Origin: Bugula neritina
Lineage: Eukaryota; Animalia; Bryozoa
Length of the DNA stretch: 64,000 nt
Reading direction: 5' to 3'
Assembly (NCBI GenBank): GCA_964035545.1
Contig: OZ037766.1
Coordinates: 30,042,074 to 30,106,073, forward strand
Part shown: piece after piece, positions 30,787 to 48,300 of the stretch
Numbering within the stretch: position 1 is the stretch's first letter
Layout of the letters: every line of letters begins with the position of its first letter
Notes under the pieces: generated by a model
What the model was told of the DNA's origin: nothing
Database searches by the model: none
What the model saw: the letters and a program-made list of their open reading frames with translations, nothing else
Program-made: the position numbers and the translations under genes

Positions 30787-33700
30787 GATGCTTTGGTTGA
30801 TAACGTTTTACTCACTAAGATTATTCTGAGCCATTATGGTTCAGATTGAAGCACTGGTTATTAATGCTAACGTTATTAATACTGCAAGCTTATAGCAAAG
30901 CATTGAAGTGTGGAAAAGATTATCTTGATTGGATAAAAATCATAATATTACTCCATGGTGACATAATTTAAAATCAATTTTGTACAATTCTAGCATTTTA
31001 AGCCTCAATGATCTTGTGACTAAAACTATTTAACCAACTAAGGCAGTAGATCTCTCAACGTTTCTTCAGTGGGCTATTAGAATATAAATATAATTATTTT
31101 ATGTTAGTCTACACTCTACAGGAAAGATTTTGTAGCTTTTATTGCTATAACTTTTCAACATTAATAAAGGAACTTGATGTTAGACAATTTATAGTATAAA
31201 AAATTATATCCTAGCCTTTTTAGGCAAGCTAATTTTTCAATTTTCAGTTTTACCAGAATAAAAATATGAAGAACGGGTCGTTTTCTCTCAAATTTTTCTT
31301 ACTGCATCATATATTAAACCGCAATTCTTGTGTTATTTTATATTGTGTATGTACTATCTATAATGTGTATTAAAATATCCTGTATTATATTACTACGTAT
31401 TTTATTATTTATAAGATACTAACTAACAGGACACTCAGTGGTAGGCCTATTGCACTTTGTATTATAATATCTTTCATTGCACTACTATACACTTCAAATA
31501 GCATTCTATATCACAGTGTATTGCACTTGCACCTTTTACTTCCTAACTTTCTATTATAGGCCACTCTATGTAAAGCTATGCAATATCTAAAAATGGAGCT
31601 CTTTGAATTTTAATACTTAGCTGTCAAAATTAAGTTTTCTATCGTTTAGTTATAGAGACTTTTCTACTGTATGCTTTAAGCATTCAAGTTGATTTTTACT
31701 TTTAGTTTATTAACGTTGACTTATAGTTACTGCATGCACATCTTTCACAAAGTGATTATATATAGCTAGAGAGAGGACTTATTATTTTCTCATTTATAAC
31801 AAAAACTCATAGATCTAATTGTGGCCAGAGTGTTTTTGCTCACAAATGATACTAAACTGTTGAATTTGTAAAGCTTGTGTAGAATTAAATTTTCAAGTCT
31901 ACTTCTAATAATCTAGATATAATATTTTAGCCAGGAGTTTCAAATAGGTACATATGTCTACAATACCTGAAAGCTTGGATTACACAAACAATTATAGTTA
32001 TAATTAAATTCTCACATATCCTATCCTGTCTCCACTTTGTCTTGTTCGGGTAGCGGGTATAATAATATGAAATGGTATATTATAAATAAAATTTAATATA
32101 GATTATAGATTATGCTACAACTTCTATACATATGTACTCAACTTGTTTCCTGGTATGTCAATCAATGGAGTTTTGTCCAAGTTGAAACTATAGGAAGTGG
32201 CAATAACTCATAGCATGCGGATACAGATTGTTTATTTGCCAGTTGGGTAAAATTCTTTGCATCAGCCAATCAGCACGCTGTTAACTTGGAATTCACACGT
32301 CATAATATATATCCTCGCCCAATTATATGGGTTTTTTGCTACGTAAAGCAATATTTATAAACTTTTAAAGACCAGGAAAAGAATTCAAGTTTTTATGTTT
32401 ATTATAATATAGTGGCCAACGTACCTTGGCAAAGTGTAAAAATAATGTAGATATGTTTGGCGATTTGCTGAATGTTTAGCCAATAGATTTGAAGAATGCT
32501 TATTTGATTAAAGTTCACTTCATAAATCTAAATTGTTACGATAATTAGATAATGTTTTGCCAGGAGATGGTATATTATGTAATAATTGTTGAAAACCACC
32601 CATACTAATTAAGTTGCTTTTCTGCACTAAATAAATTTGAGTTTTCCTCCTTTTCCTTTTTCCTTGAATTAGAACAAGGAATTTATGCACAAACATATAT
32701 TATTTCATCAAGGAAATACACTACTTTAATATATGTGCCATTAAACCACCTACGCCTTCAAATAATGCCAATTTGCATATGACGCAAGGTAGCAGATCAG
32801 CTTCTACTCAAAACTCAACTTGAACCTATGAACACCTAGTGGAACAGTTATAAGAAAATATCATCAAATATATTATTGCTTCTAAAGAAAAAAAATCTGG
32901 TGGTTAATAAAACAAAAATAAATTGATGAAACGGCTAGTTTTTGACTTCGAAACTATTTTTATTTTTTAGTTAAACATATATTCACCTAACTAAGCATTC
33001 AACTAGAACATATATAGATAAACTTTAGGCAACATGATGTAATTGCTTTATATGTAATAAAAGCGACGTATTGTTATAACTTCATAAGAATCATTGTTAT
33101 GGGTTTTACCAAAAAATATGTTAACTTAGCTTTAACAGCTATAGCCGTTAATCAAAGAAAAAGCAAAACATTGCAATGACAGTTTTTAAAAAAATAAATG
33201 AGATTTTCTGTATCAATTTTGTTATTTTGTGTCAGAAAACATTTAAATTACTTACCACATTTTGCAGACCCATAAAACTGTAAACACCTTTTGTGTGCAG
33301 CCTATTTTGCAATTATGGTAATATATACAATTATCTTTCTACAAATAATTAAACATGTTAAATAGAAAAGAATATTAAAGGTTAATTGATATGATGTACG
33401 TATAATCTTATCAATTATATATAAGCATATTATCATTGCCCATGTATTTTAAATATTTGTTTTGCTGACTGCATGTATTACTGCCTTGTCAAGCAAAATA
33501 TTTAATAAATGAATGGCCCAATTATTACACAGAAACTATTTGAAAAATAAGTTGATGCAGTATAAAAATAGAGTTTTTTGTTTCAGGAAAAGAGGATATC
33601 AAGTATGTTGGCTACAATTAAATATGTTTTGTGTATTCTAATGAGAGATTTGCATGTCACATACTTAAACTTGTGTTAGACACAAGTTTAAATTATTGTG

Positions 33701-35648
33701 TATCTTTTTTGAGACTATTGGCAATTTTAACATCACTCTTCGTTGATCTGTGACTGTAGTTTATGAAACCTTGTGACAATTATAACTCAGCCTTTCAACA
33801 AAAAATCACAAAATAATATGCTCACCAAAATATTAGCTAAAACAGTTGGCATAAAGTCAAATAACTGAGTTTATATTTTTTTCTCAAGATTTTTCTGCTG
33901 ACAATTAATGTTTGAATTTTTATTTATATGTCTAAGCCATTTTTCAAAGCTGCACATGCATCTAGAATAAAAGATCATAATTTTGAATTTCCATTTAAGA
34001 ATGGGGACTTTGACTTTGCGCAACAGGACACAAAAAAGTTGCCAAATATAAAAATTAACTTGGTTTTGGCGAAAATCATTAATATAATATAATCAAAGTT
34101 TAAAAATTACATATTTTAAATGACTAAAATATGATGCGATTAATATAAAGTGATGCAAGTCACTTAGATGTCTAAAAATTAGGGAGTTGACAATTATAAT
34201 AATGAGTCATTGTTTCATCAGCAATAAGCAATCTTACAGGTGGCATGTGCAACTGAATTCCATTACAGTCATGATGGTTCCATTACTCTTGGCTACAATT
34301 TTATGCAAATATTTCTTCAGAATGATGTAACATTTCACTTTGGAAAATAAAGTTTTTTTTATATTTAATTATCATGATGCAATCAGGAAGATAGTGAGTA
34401 ATAGTTCTTTTTAAATATCTGAAGCAATAAAGAACAGAAGGTTGCTAAACTTTTTTTGAGTGACACATTTGCTGCCATTGGTTGATATATTTTATAGAGA
34501 GATAGATTGTTTTAGCTATTCATACACTTAATAATTGGCATAAGGTATTTGAAGTTAGATAATTAATCAAAATGTAGCTACCATGGTGCATAGTAAGTAA
34601 TTATTAACATAATCTTAAGCATGGTGGGATATAGGTACAAGATCAAACTGAAAAATTAATAAATTCAATTTCTTTTTAACCTTTTATAAGTTATTTCATT
34701 TTCGAGCTCATAACGCAAATTTATTTAAAAAAAAAAACTTTTGTAAAGGGCTATAGTTTTTATACCTTGTCGCTTTATTTTATTCAAAAGTTTTTCAAGC
34801 TAAATTTTGTATTATAAATTCCTTTCTCGGAGCTTTTCACCATAACATCTATATGGTAATTGAATAAAATCTAACAATTATAAAGAGTTATAAAATGTGG
34901 TTCAAAGTTTCCACGCTTATCCACATTATGTTCTTTGATTGACAGTCTATATAATTTATTTATTTTGAAGTTACAATTTATGCATATCCTAATTGCAGAC
35001 GAAAAAGGATATAAAAAAACACTTTCTAGAATTGTTTGCTTGCAGTTGCTGCCACCGAGTGTACAGCACAGGCCATGCAAACCTATAAAGTTTAGTGAAA
35101 AGTAAGAAGCATGTTTGAGATATTATTAAACGCTTGTATTAATAGTGATTTGCATGCTTATAATAATTTTACGCTATTTCTGATCAAAGAATAAAACTAC
35201 CAAAATATATCTGAACTAAAGGGCTTTCAACATAGCTTTACCATATAAGTGCCTAACTTTGCAATATAAAGTAGTTTATTATGGGAAATAATTAAATCCC
35301 CGTAATTAGATAAACTGGTGCAATTATCTTAAGTGAAATGGTAAACTAAAACAAGACAACGAGGAACTTTTAGCAAATAACATGACTCATATTTGCTCTG
35401 TACCCACGCAATAATCTGCAATATTTTCAGTGTTCAGTGAACTATGAATTAACGTTACAAAACAACATAAACTATAATCTACTTATTTTTATCTTTTGTT
35501 ACGCTCCACTAGCGTTGAGACTAGTTTACAAGGTATAAAAATATAAATAAGGCCAGTAAATTTATATAAGTGTTGTTTCAGTCAAGCTGAGTTGGTAGCT
35601 GCTTAGAAAATCTGTTTAATTATAGAAATATTTACTCAAAAGTACACG

Positions 35649-39105
<3,457 letters not shown>

Positions 39106-40781
39106 AGCCATACATTCTTTAGCCCTCACTATTAGTATGTGCAACAGGAACTAGGCTGAAAGTTATTGCAGTATGACTGAAATTCCTAAACTGCAATGAC
39201 AAGTTGGAATACCCTGTCTTGTAATTACCATGTATAGGAAATGCAGTTCTAAAGGATATTTTATTGATACGGTCAATAATATAGCCATATATTTTGCTTG
39301 TGAAATAAAATTTGTTTATGGTGCGTAATTTTATATAACCTCCATTTGCAGTAAAATGTACAATGATATATTATTTTAGCTGTTATTTATATTGCAGCAC
39401 AATATTGGGATGTGATATTTTATATCTAATGAATTGTTTTCTTTTGTTACCATAATTATATTATTAAATTTTTTCTGTTCCACTGTGGCCCCTTGTACAA
39501 ACAACTAATTTTAGAAAATGTCATATGAGAGTTTGTTTTTTTACTCTAAAAATGATGGTTTGCATGTATTAGCAGAATTTATTTATTGCGAATATTAACA
39601 GCCATGTATATGTGATTCCTAATAATGATATATACTAATTGTTTATACGTACTGTAATATATATAAAAATAGTGCAATGTAATACAAGTAGAGTCCAAAA
39701 CAACATATATTATAGTATCTGATTGCTATTAAATCTTTAGTAATATATAGTCTTCAAAATTTTTACTTTGATTAATTATAGATTAACATTATTCAGGCAA
39801 CCAGTTGTTTTTCAAAATTTTGATTCCCCCAACAGTTATTCATAATTTGACCTTCAAAAGTTTTCAATCAAGCTTAATGTTGAAATTGATCCATTGATTG
39901 CTATAAATGGTTTTGCCTTCAAATTGTTCAAAAAGCAAAGTATAAGAAAATTAAAATGGAATAAAGATTTTCAGCAGAGATACTAAGAGAAGACAACTTT
40001 TAACTTAAATAATTTGCAATGTACTTTAAACAACTAAACAACAATGCTGTAATAGTATGTACACAACATCATTGGCTATAGTTAAATTGTTCAATATAGT
40101 GTACACAAACTTCAAAAGCAGACACTTGCAATTAAATTCTTTTGTAAAACAATATTTTGTATTTCTTTTGCTTTTTAATAAACATCCATGCTATATGAAT
40201 GATATAGTTGAAGTGGTACGTTTTGGTCAATTTATAGCCAGGTTAAGCAACAATATTTGATTATAATATATAGAATGCTTTTAACCAAGTAAGTGTTTTC
40301 ATAAATGTAGGTTTCAAGAGGTTCATGCTGTGAAAATAAATTATTCACTCGCAAAGACTTATTATTATATATAGTAAGCTCTGTGTTGCACAATTCATAC
40401 ACATACCAAATCAATTATGGCTACCTTAATAATTATGATAGTTAACGTATTTGTCATACGTTTCTAAGCTTATATATGTGAGATGAATTAAAAAAACTGT
40501 GGAATTCAAAATATTTTGGCAAACTACTAACACCACCCATAGTATGTAAATTGGTTGGGAACTGGTACAAGTTGAACTGAGTGATTCAGCAAACTTGATA
40601 AGTTGATAAATATTTGTGTCCTACTTTAGCATAACATATCGCAATAGAATGAGTAAGTCTCTGAAATATAAAGTGAGTTCATTGATTACAGAGTCTCATT
40701 TAGCTCTTATAGCTGGACCAGACTATATACACAAGCAACCTTAGATTGATAGTTAGGGGAGAGTAACTCAGGTTGAGCCTA

Positions 40782-43180
40782 ATGGCAGAGAAACTATCAG
40801 CTAGCTTATCACAAAATGTGAAAGCTTTACTCCTGCTATTTGGATTATTTCACTTAGCAACACTAGCTTTTTCTGGATATCTACTCCATCAAGTTATGAC
40901 TTTAAAAAATGACGTCTATAATATACAATCTGCTAGCACACCAAGTAGTTGGGAGAAGAGCTCAGGTGTAAGTTGACTTATATACAAAAAAACTTAAAAT
41001 TATATTATACTAATGTTATTTATTAGAATCTTTGATAAAAATGATATAATACTTGTAGACTTGTAATGTAAAATGGATGCGAAGTAATACTGTGTATATT
41101 TTTCTGGTATATATTATGGTAAATAAATAATTGAAAGGGAACATTATAGCCACATAGTACAATTGTAATATTATTTCTTTGCAATATTTTTTTAGATACC
41201 CCCTCAGACTACCAATGGCAAATTCAAAAGAGCAAGTAAGTTTCTTTGTAACTGCAATATGATCTTTACTAAGTAGACCTCACAGATTAGATATTCATCA
41301 TTTTCAACGAAAAATTTAATGTTGATAGCTTGAAGCTATTATAACATCTGAAGTGTAGCATAAATACATAAATGAATATAAAACAAGCTAATTGAGTATA
41401 AAGAAAGATCCACTTTTAGGAAGTGCTTAATTTAAGCTGTGTTTATAGCTTGTGTTATGAGACTTGCGTAAAAGTAGGAATTTCAAGGTTAGTGAGCTGT
41501 TTCAAAGATAATTCACATAGGAGTCAATAAAGCATAACAAACTATGATATGCAACATGTATGTGAACTAACTTAGTACAGTGTATGTGAACTAACTTAGT
41601 AGTGTATATGAGAACTAAGTTAGTAGTTTATGTGAACCGATGCCTGCATTGCAGTTCCAGAACCAAACTCACCTTCACCTTGTGCCTGTGACTGCTCATC
41701 ACAACAGAGCTCAGTGCACTCTTTCACTAATTGGAGAGAGTACGTACGTACTTTCAACAGAAGAGAAACTCCTTGCGTACCCGGGCCTCGTGGGCCTCCT
41801 GGGTTCAATGGAACAGACGGAGCTCCTGGAGCTCCAGGTTTGCAAGGTCGAGATGGGCTGAAAGGAGATCCTGGGCAAGATGGAGCTCCAGGAACCATGG
41901 GCGCTCAAGGTGCTCCTGGTAGGGATGGAGAGCCAGGTAGAGATGGACCTCCTGGCCCACCAGGTCTTGATGGGTTTACACCAACCGAAAGTAAGAATAT
42001 AGTGCAGGCGGAATAAAAAGATGCCTATTCAAGTTTTAAATAAGTGGAATAGATAGATATTTTGCAAAACAATTTGTACTGCCTTATTCAAATAAAGTTA
42101 AACAATAATGTCATTTTCAAGCCTTTATAAAACATTCTATATATATTTTGCCTATCAAAAAGACTTACAACTTTTATGTATTCTGCAGTAATGAATATAC
42201 TATGTTTTAGTAGCATAACTTTTGCTTTTAAAAACAAGTTGGAATAGTTGATGCTATGATATGAAATGGCTCTTATTTCTTAAAAAGCTGTTTGTTTTTA
42301 TTTTAGGAGTATATACAAAGTTTATCAACTGGGGAAAATTCTCCTGTCCACACAGGGCTTTTAAAATTTATTCAGGTAAACATGAAGACTATAAGCTTTT
42401 TGAAGAAATTTAAAGTCACACCCTGCTGATCTACTTTGCTTATAATTATTTATATACTAATACAGGTTATGCTGTTGGATTAGCATCAGGATCTAACTCA
42501 TTGCTCTGTGCACCATCATCTAATACTGTCACACAGCAGGATCCAGTACTTCTATCTGGACCAAAGTTAACAGCAGTTCGGTACAACCTGCAAGGGGCCC
42601 CCAATCAACTAGATGACTCTCAGTTCCACGGCCAACTAGTCCAGTGTACTCTCTGTCATCATGCAAGTGCTGAACTGGTAAAGTAGCTTTTTTTCCATTA
42701 GCTATTAGTGTTTTAAAAAAAATTTTCTTGTAAAAAAAATTATTTACTTACCTCCAAATACAATTTTTATTTTTAATACTAATTAAGCAAGACTTTTTGG
42801 TTTCTGAGTAAATAACTTGCAAGCAAACATCAATAGCTAGACATCCCTGTTTTGCACTAAGTTTATATATGAAATAATTCTAATAAACTCATTAGCTTCA
42901 TGCTATGTTGTAGTTTACTGTGACTGGGCAAGCAAACTGCAATTTTCCCGACACCAGTAGTTGGATCCTTTCTTACTCTGGATATTTGATGACAGCAGAA
43001 CTTGAGGGGATGACATCTGAACCCATCTGTGTTGGTACTGAAAACCGTACAAGTCCAGCTTCAGTTCAGACTGAGCCACAGCTACAGGCACTGAAGTTTG
43101 TAAGATCTGGACTGGGAGTCTGGAGTGAAGACAGGGTCATTGAGTGTGCCGTCTGCTATAAAAGACCAATTCTTAATTAA
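40782..43180 (+). CDS. Paralog E: type II TM - KFKR - CxCxC - collagen (22 triplets) - NC1-like domain, about 369 aa
   Basis: Exons 40782-40967, 41196-41235 (NGKFKR|A), 41655-41990 (PCACDC...[10 protein letters not shown]...), 42307-42375 ([10 protein letters not shown]), 42466-42677 and 42914-43180. Frame is continuous. Confidence 0.88.
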
Positions 43181-44571
43181 ACTGAAACTATTGTATTTCA
43201 CAAATTTTTTGATTTCATTATACTATATATTAATTCTGTATATATTGCAATCATTTATAAATATAGAAAAATATATATATTTCATTGCTTATATATATAT
43301 AAATTAAAATTTGAAATTTTTTATGCCCCATTAATCTACTACATCTAATAATGCTATATAACCTTATTATAAGTTCTACTTCTACATATAAAATTCCATA
43401 CTTTTTCATATCACAACTTATACTTTTACTAAAGTTGGTAATTTTAGTTTTTTTCAAGTATAAGAGTGTATTTTGCAATAATTCATAATCTGAAAAACCG
43501 TTATATTATAGATCATAACACAGGCATATCAGTTTGTAAAGGAAGCAATTGGTTATAGCAATAAATTTGGTCTATATTATTATGGTGCTTACTAAATTAA
43601 TTATAGTAACCATGCAATGCTGGAATAAATTATGTCATTTTTTCATCGCAACTACGCATTATAGCTTAATCAAGTGCTTTAAAGTTTGAGAAATATTTTC
43701 ACTGAAGTATAATTGCTCAACTATAGTTGGGAACATCCTAGGGTGGACATTTGTATGAACCTTAATTTTGCTTTATACATTAAATGCTAAATATAACTCC
43801 TTGGCAAACCATAAAATACCAAAATATTCACCACTATGATTTTATTTTATATATCTATTTTGACTATATATATTATACTGCCTAAATTAGATAATTTTGT
43901 AAGCAATGCCATGTTAAAACAAGCCCTAATTATCAGATACAAACTTTGGATGTAACAGCATAGAAGCAATTGTTGACTATATGATAAGTATTAATTTATT
44001 TGCATTTAATATTATGTTTTATAATGTTTTAATTTGAATAGACGTTGAAATGATGTTTTCAGCGTATGTATGATTAGTATACATGGTTTAAAACGCTTTA
44101 AAAATGTAGCGTAATCCATGACCTTGTCTATTCTCAGATGTTATCAGGAGTTATTTTCTCAGTATAGTATCAATTTACATTGATGAAAATTATTTGTAAC
44201 AATCTACTTTTCTAGACCAAGCTAAAGTTGAAAAACAAATAACATATAAAAAAATTAAACATACTGTATTTTTAAGCAGGCAGTTTAATTTCCATGACCG
44301 CAAAGTATCAGTTATATATAAATTGTTTTAGAGTAAAGACCCAATTAACTTTCAAGTTATCAAAGTACTTGCAGTTAAGGAAGCACTTTATCCATTACTC
44401 TTATTATTATAAAACTATTGCAGGCTGACCACCTGCTTTTATAACTTGAAGTGCAAAGTGCTGAATATAAAATACATCATATTTCCAACTAAGCTACGTA
44501 AGTATTTGTATCGCTAAAGAGTATGAGCTGTTTAGTGCAACACTCCGTGTGCTTATATGAATATTTTTATG

Positions 44572-44855
44572 CATATCACATATCATATATCATATATCCC
44601 ATATCACATATCATATATCATATATCACATATCACGTATCACATATCATATATCACACATCACACATCACATATCACATATCATATACCACACATCATAT
44701 ATCACATATCATATATCATATATCACACATCATATATCATATATCGCATATCATATATCATATATATTATACCACATATCATACATCACATATCATATAT
44801 CACATATCACACATCATATATCATATATCACACATCATATATCACATATCATATA
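44572..44855. repeat. Degenerate (CATAT/CACAT) low-complexity repeat between E and F
   Basis: Mixed 5- and 7-nt units; source of the YHIS-rich ORFs. Confidence 0.92.
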
Positions 44856-45361
44856 TAAATAAATTCTTTAACGATTGGGAGACGACTTGGCACTTAAACT
44901 ATGAAAGCTGGTCCACTATATACACGTATGCAGGCTAATAGTTATGGTGTTGCATCGTTACAAACATGGCGTTGCTCATACGCTATATATATATATTATC
45001 ACTAATACTATATTTGGCTAAATATACATTTTCCTGAAGCAAAAATGCATGACTCATGTTAAAAACTATTAAACTTCAAGATATCTTTACAAGTTAACTA
45101 TAATAGCATATCCTTATATTTATGTAAATTATTGAGGAAGCACGCGTTTAACTTTCTTATTCATCAAATTTAATGACTTTAAGTTATAACTATGATATAC
45201 GTCTGCAAGAAATTGTATATAAAAGTAAAAAACAATAAACCTCAAAACTTCAATGGTGTTTCTACTTATCAAGCAATCATCGTTGGACTGAAACACATGC
45301 AATTGCTAAAGTGTTTTACACATAGTGCCACACTATAGTTGTAGATAATAAGAGTAGAAAA

Positions 45362-48300
45362 ATGGTAGAAAAGGTTTCACCTAGCTTATCACAAAATGTG
45401 AAAGCTTTACTCCTGCTATTTGGATTATTTCACTTAGCAACACTAGCTTTTTCTGGATATCTACTCCATCAAGTTATGACTTTAAAAACTGGCATCTATA
45501 ATATACAATCGCCTGACACACCAAGTAACTGGGAGAATATTATAACTTCAAAGGTAAGTTAGCATCGTATTACTTAAACGTAATATTTTTTATGTTACTT
45601 CACTAAACTTTGGTAATGAGCTTCATGTTAAATATTTGATTCAGCAACATCCAAGCTAGAATTACATACATATAATAGAAAATTTTACAGCTTAGTCATT
45701 TGAAATGAACTCACTTCTTCTGTATAGTATATGGTGTAAGTAAAATTAAAATATGCTAACACATGATATCTGAATTATAGAAAATTAATCAAATATTGCT
45801 TAAAATACTATTTTAGCCAAAATCTGAAACTATCAAGAACAGATTTAAAAGAACGGGTAAGTTTTTCTTCAATTGTAATTATTTTTTGAAACTATAATAG
45901 GATAAATAAGTTATTATGCAATGTGGTCTCCTGCATTTGATTTGTATATAATATTTCTCTAAAAATTTATAATGGTTTAACTAATAATTAATGGTAAAGG
46001 AGTATACTATATCAAGCAATTGCTATTAGGAAGCATGCAGCCTGGTCTAGGGGTTAAAGCGTTTTTTCCTATAGTATATTGAAAAATAATTTTGCCCCCA
46101 CCTGTTGTGCTACCATTACACCAGGGGGGCCACTAGGTAAACTCAACACTACATATATATAAGTACGAACCCATGGTTTTAAGCCCCGAAAAAGGTCATT
46201 GGTGATGTTAAGAAAAGCATCCAGTTATAATTGCTCTAGTGTGCCTAGCTCTTCTGAATAAGTCCTTATAGCCCAATTTACCAAAACCCCTTTTATTAGG
46301 GGTTTTCTCACAGTGACTATAATGAACTTGTGTGAGCTTTTTCTTAAGCAATTACAAATATAGATTAAACTCAAAACAAAGATATTCTGTTCTTTTAGTT
46401 GCTGTCATTTTTAGTATATGTGTGTATTAACAACTTTTGCGTTAAAAATTTCATATCATTACAAAAAATTCTTTAAATAAAAAGGCATTAAGTGCAACCG
46501 TTATTAGTATATATGCCTTAGATTATTTCAGAATTTAGTCACATAATTTTTTTTAGGTAAAACTGCCTTTGAAGTAGAAGTCTTATGCATATATTAATAT
46601 GTGCTCTGCCATTTTCATTGATTCTCTTATAACTGAAACATAAAATGAAATGAGATAAGCAACACAATTTGGAATTTCAGTTTCAGTATAAGTAATATTA
46701 TTATATATAGCAAACTTTCGATATATTGTAATTAATTTTGATATTTACCTGAAAAAAATTTGCACTATAGCATATATATTATTGCAATATAATATAAGGT
46801 TTCAATCAAAATTCCTATATTTGCTTATGCATGAGCACCATTTCTCTGAGCGTTGTCAACCTGCCCCATTCTTATTGAAATAAGACAAACAGTTTGCATT
46901 TACCCTTAGTTGTGACAAAGTCATAGCAGTTTTAATTTGTAAGTTTTAAAAATAACATAGAAACAATTGTAGTCAAATGTGTTTCCTGATGTATTGAAGG
47001 CACTGCAAGTGTTGGATATTTTAATTGAGGAAACGTCAAATCATGCTAGACATTAAGTTCTATTTTGCTTTTGCCTTCCAAAGTAATAATTAGGTCAGAA
47101 TAAGAAAATAGAACATACAACAGCTATAAAATAGAAACATGCACCATAAAGTCTCAGTGCTAATTAGTTAGAGCGGATCTTACGGAGTATTCTCTGCATT
47201 ATTTGAAAATTTAGCAGCTCTGTAGTTGTACAACTAATTTAAGCCTTATTGTTCTAGACTAGAGTTTGGGCAACTCATGCACACAGTTAATATAATGTAT
47301 GCATGGCTGTTTATACAAGTCCGCTGAATAATACAAACATATTTTTTAAGCACATACATTGCAAATTAAAATGACTTTTCTATATAGTTTTAAACTAATC
47401 CATCCATCAATTGTTTTTATTATTTTTGAAAGCATTTATATGTACTCAAACATAAATAATTTGAAAAGATTATTGAGCAGGACATTAAGTTATTAACAGG
47501 GGTAACTAAAAATAAATTTTTCCCATTGTTATCACATTGACTGTATCTTACTTTTTGTAAATATATTTCTCTGTATCATGCAGTTTCCGGACGAAACTGG
47601 TCCGCACCTTGTTTCTGTAACTGCTCACCAAGAACCTGGTCTGCAGTGACCACAGACCGGAGACAGTCCTGGCGTACTCTTAACAGAAGATCTCATTCTG
47701 CTTGCATTGGCTTACCTGGACCTTCCGGACCACCAGGTCCTCCCGGGCCTTCTGGGCCCTCTGGACCTCCTGGGCCTCCAGGACCTCCTGGACCTCCTGG
47801 GTCTTCTGGACCTCCAGGTTTTGATGGAAGAGGGCCAAGTCAAAATATGCTAAAAGGAGATTCAAATTCAGATAGAGTTTTAGGAGATGCAGGTTCTGCG
47901 GCAACTCCTAGTAGAGATGGACCTCCTGGTACACCAGGATCTACAGGTACACCAGGCCGTGATGGTTCTCCACCTGTAGAAGGTAAAAGTATACTAAAGA
48001 GACAAATTTACAAAATTGACTAAAGAGCTGTTGAAATTATGGCATTGTAATTTTTGCAGATTCAAATAAATTATTTGGACATAAAATATCTATCTAAAAA
48101 TATGGGAATATTATAATTCTATGAGGTATCACCATGTTATTTTTATACAATTTCGCATGTAAAGGTATTTTGAATAGTTACTACACTGTTTTAACAAATA
48201 TTTTCGTATTGGATATAACTAGAATAAAACATATTGCTGTTCAACAGCTAGTTCTATATTTATTTGCATTGTAGGAAGAGATGCAAAATTCATCAACTGG

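Noticed and set aside
41557-41636. Short tandem repeats (TATGTGAACTAACTTAGTA) as a CRISPR-like array
   Set aside because: Intronic tandem duplication without unique spacers, in a eukaryotic locus.
44523-44862. His/Ile/Tyr-rich ORFs; also the YIYI ORFs at 12133, 58008 and 59539 and the CV-rich ORF at 56447
   Set aside because: Translations of simple repeats with no splice or codon support.
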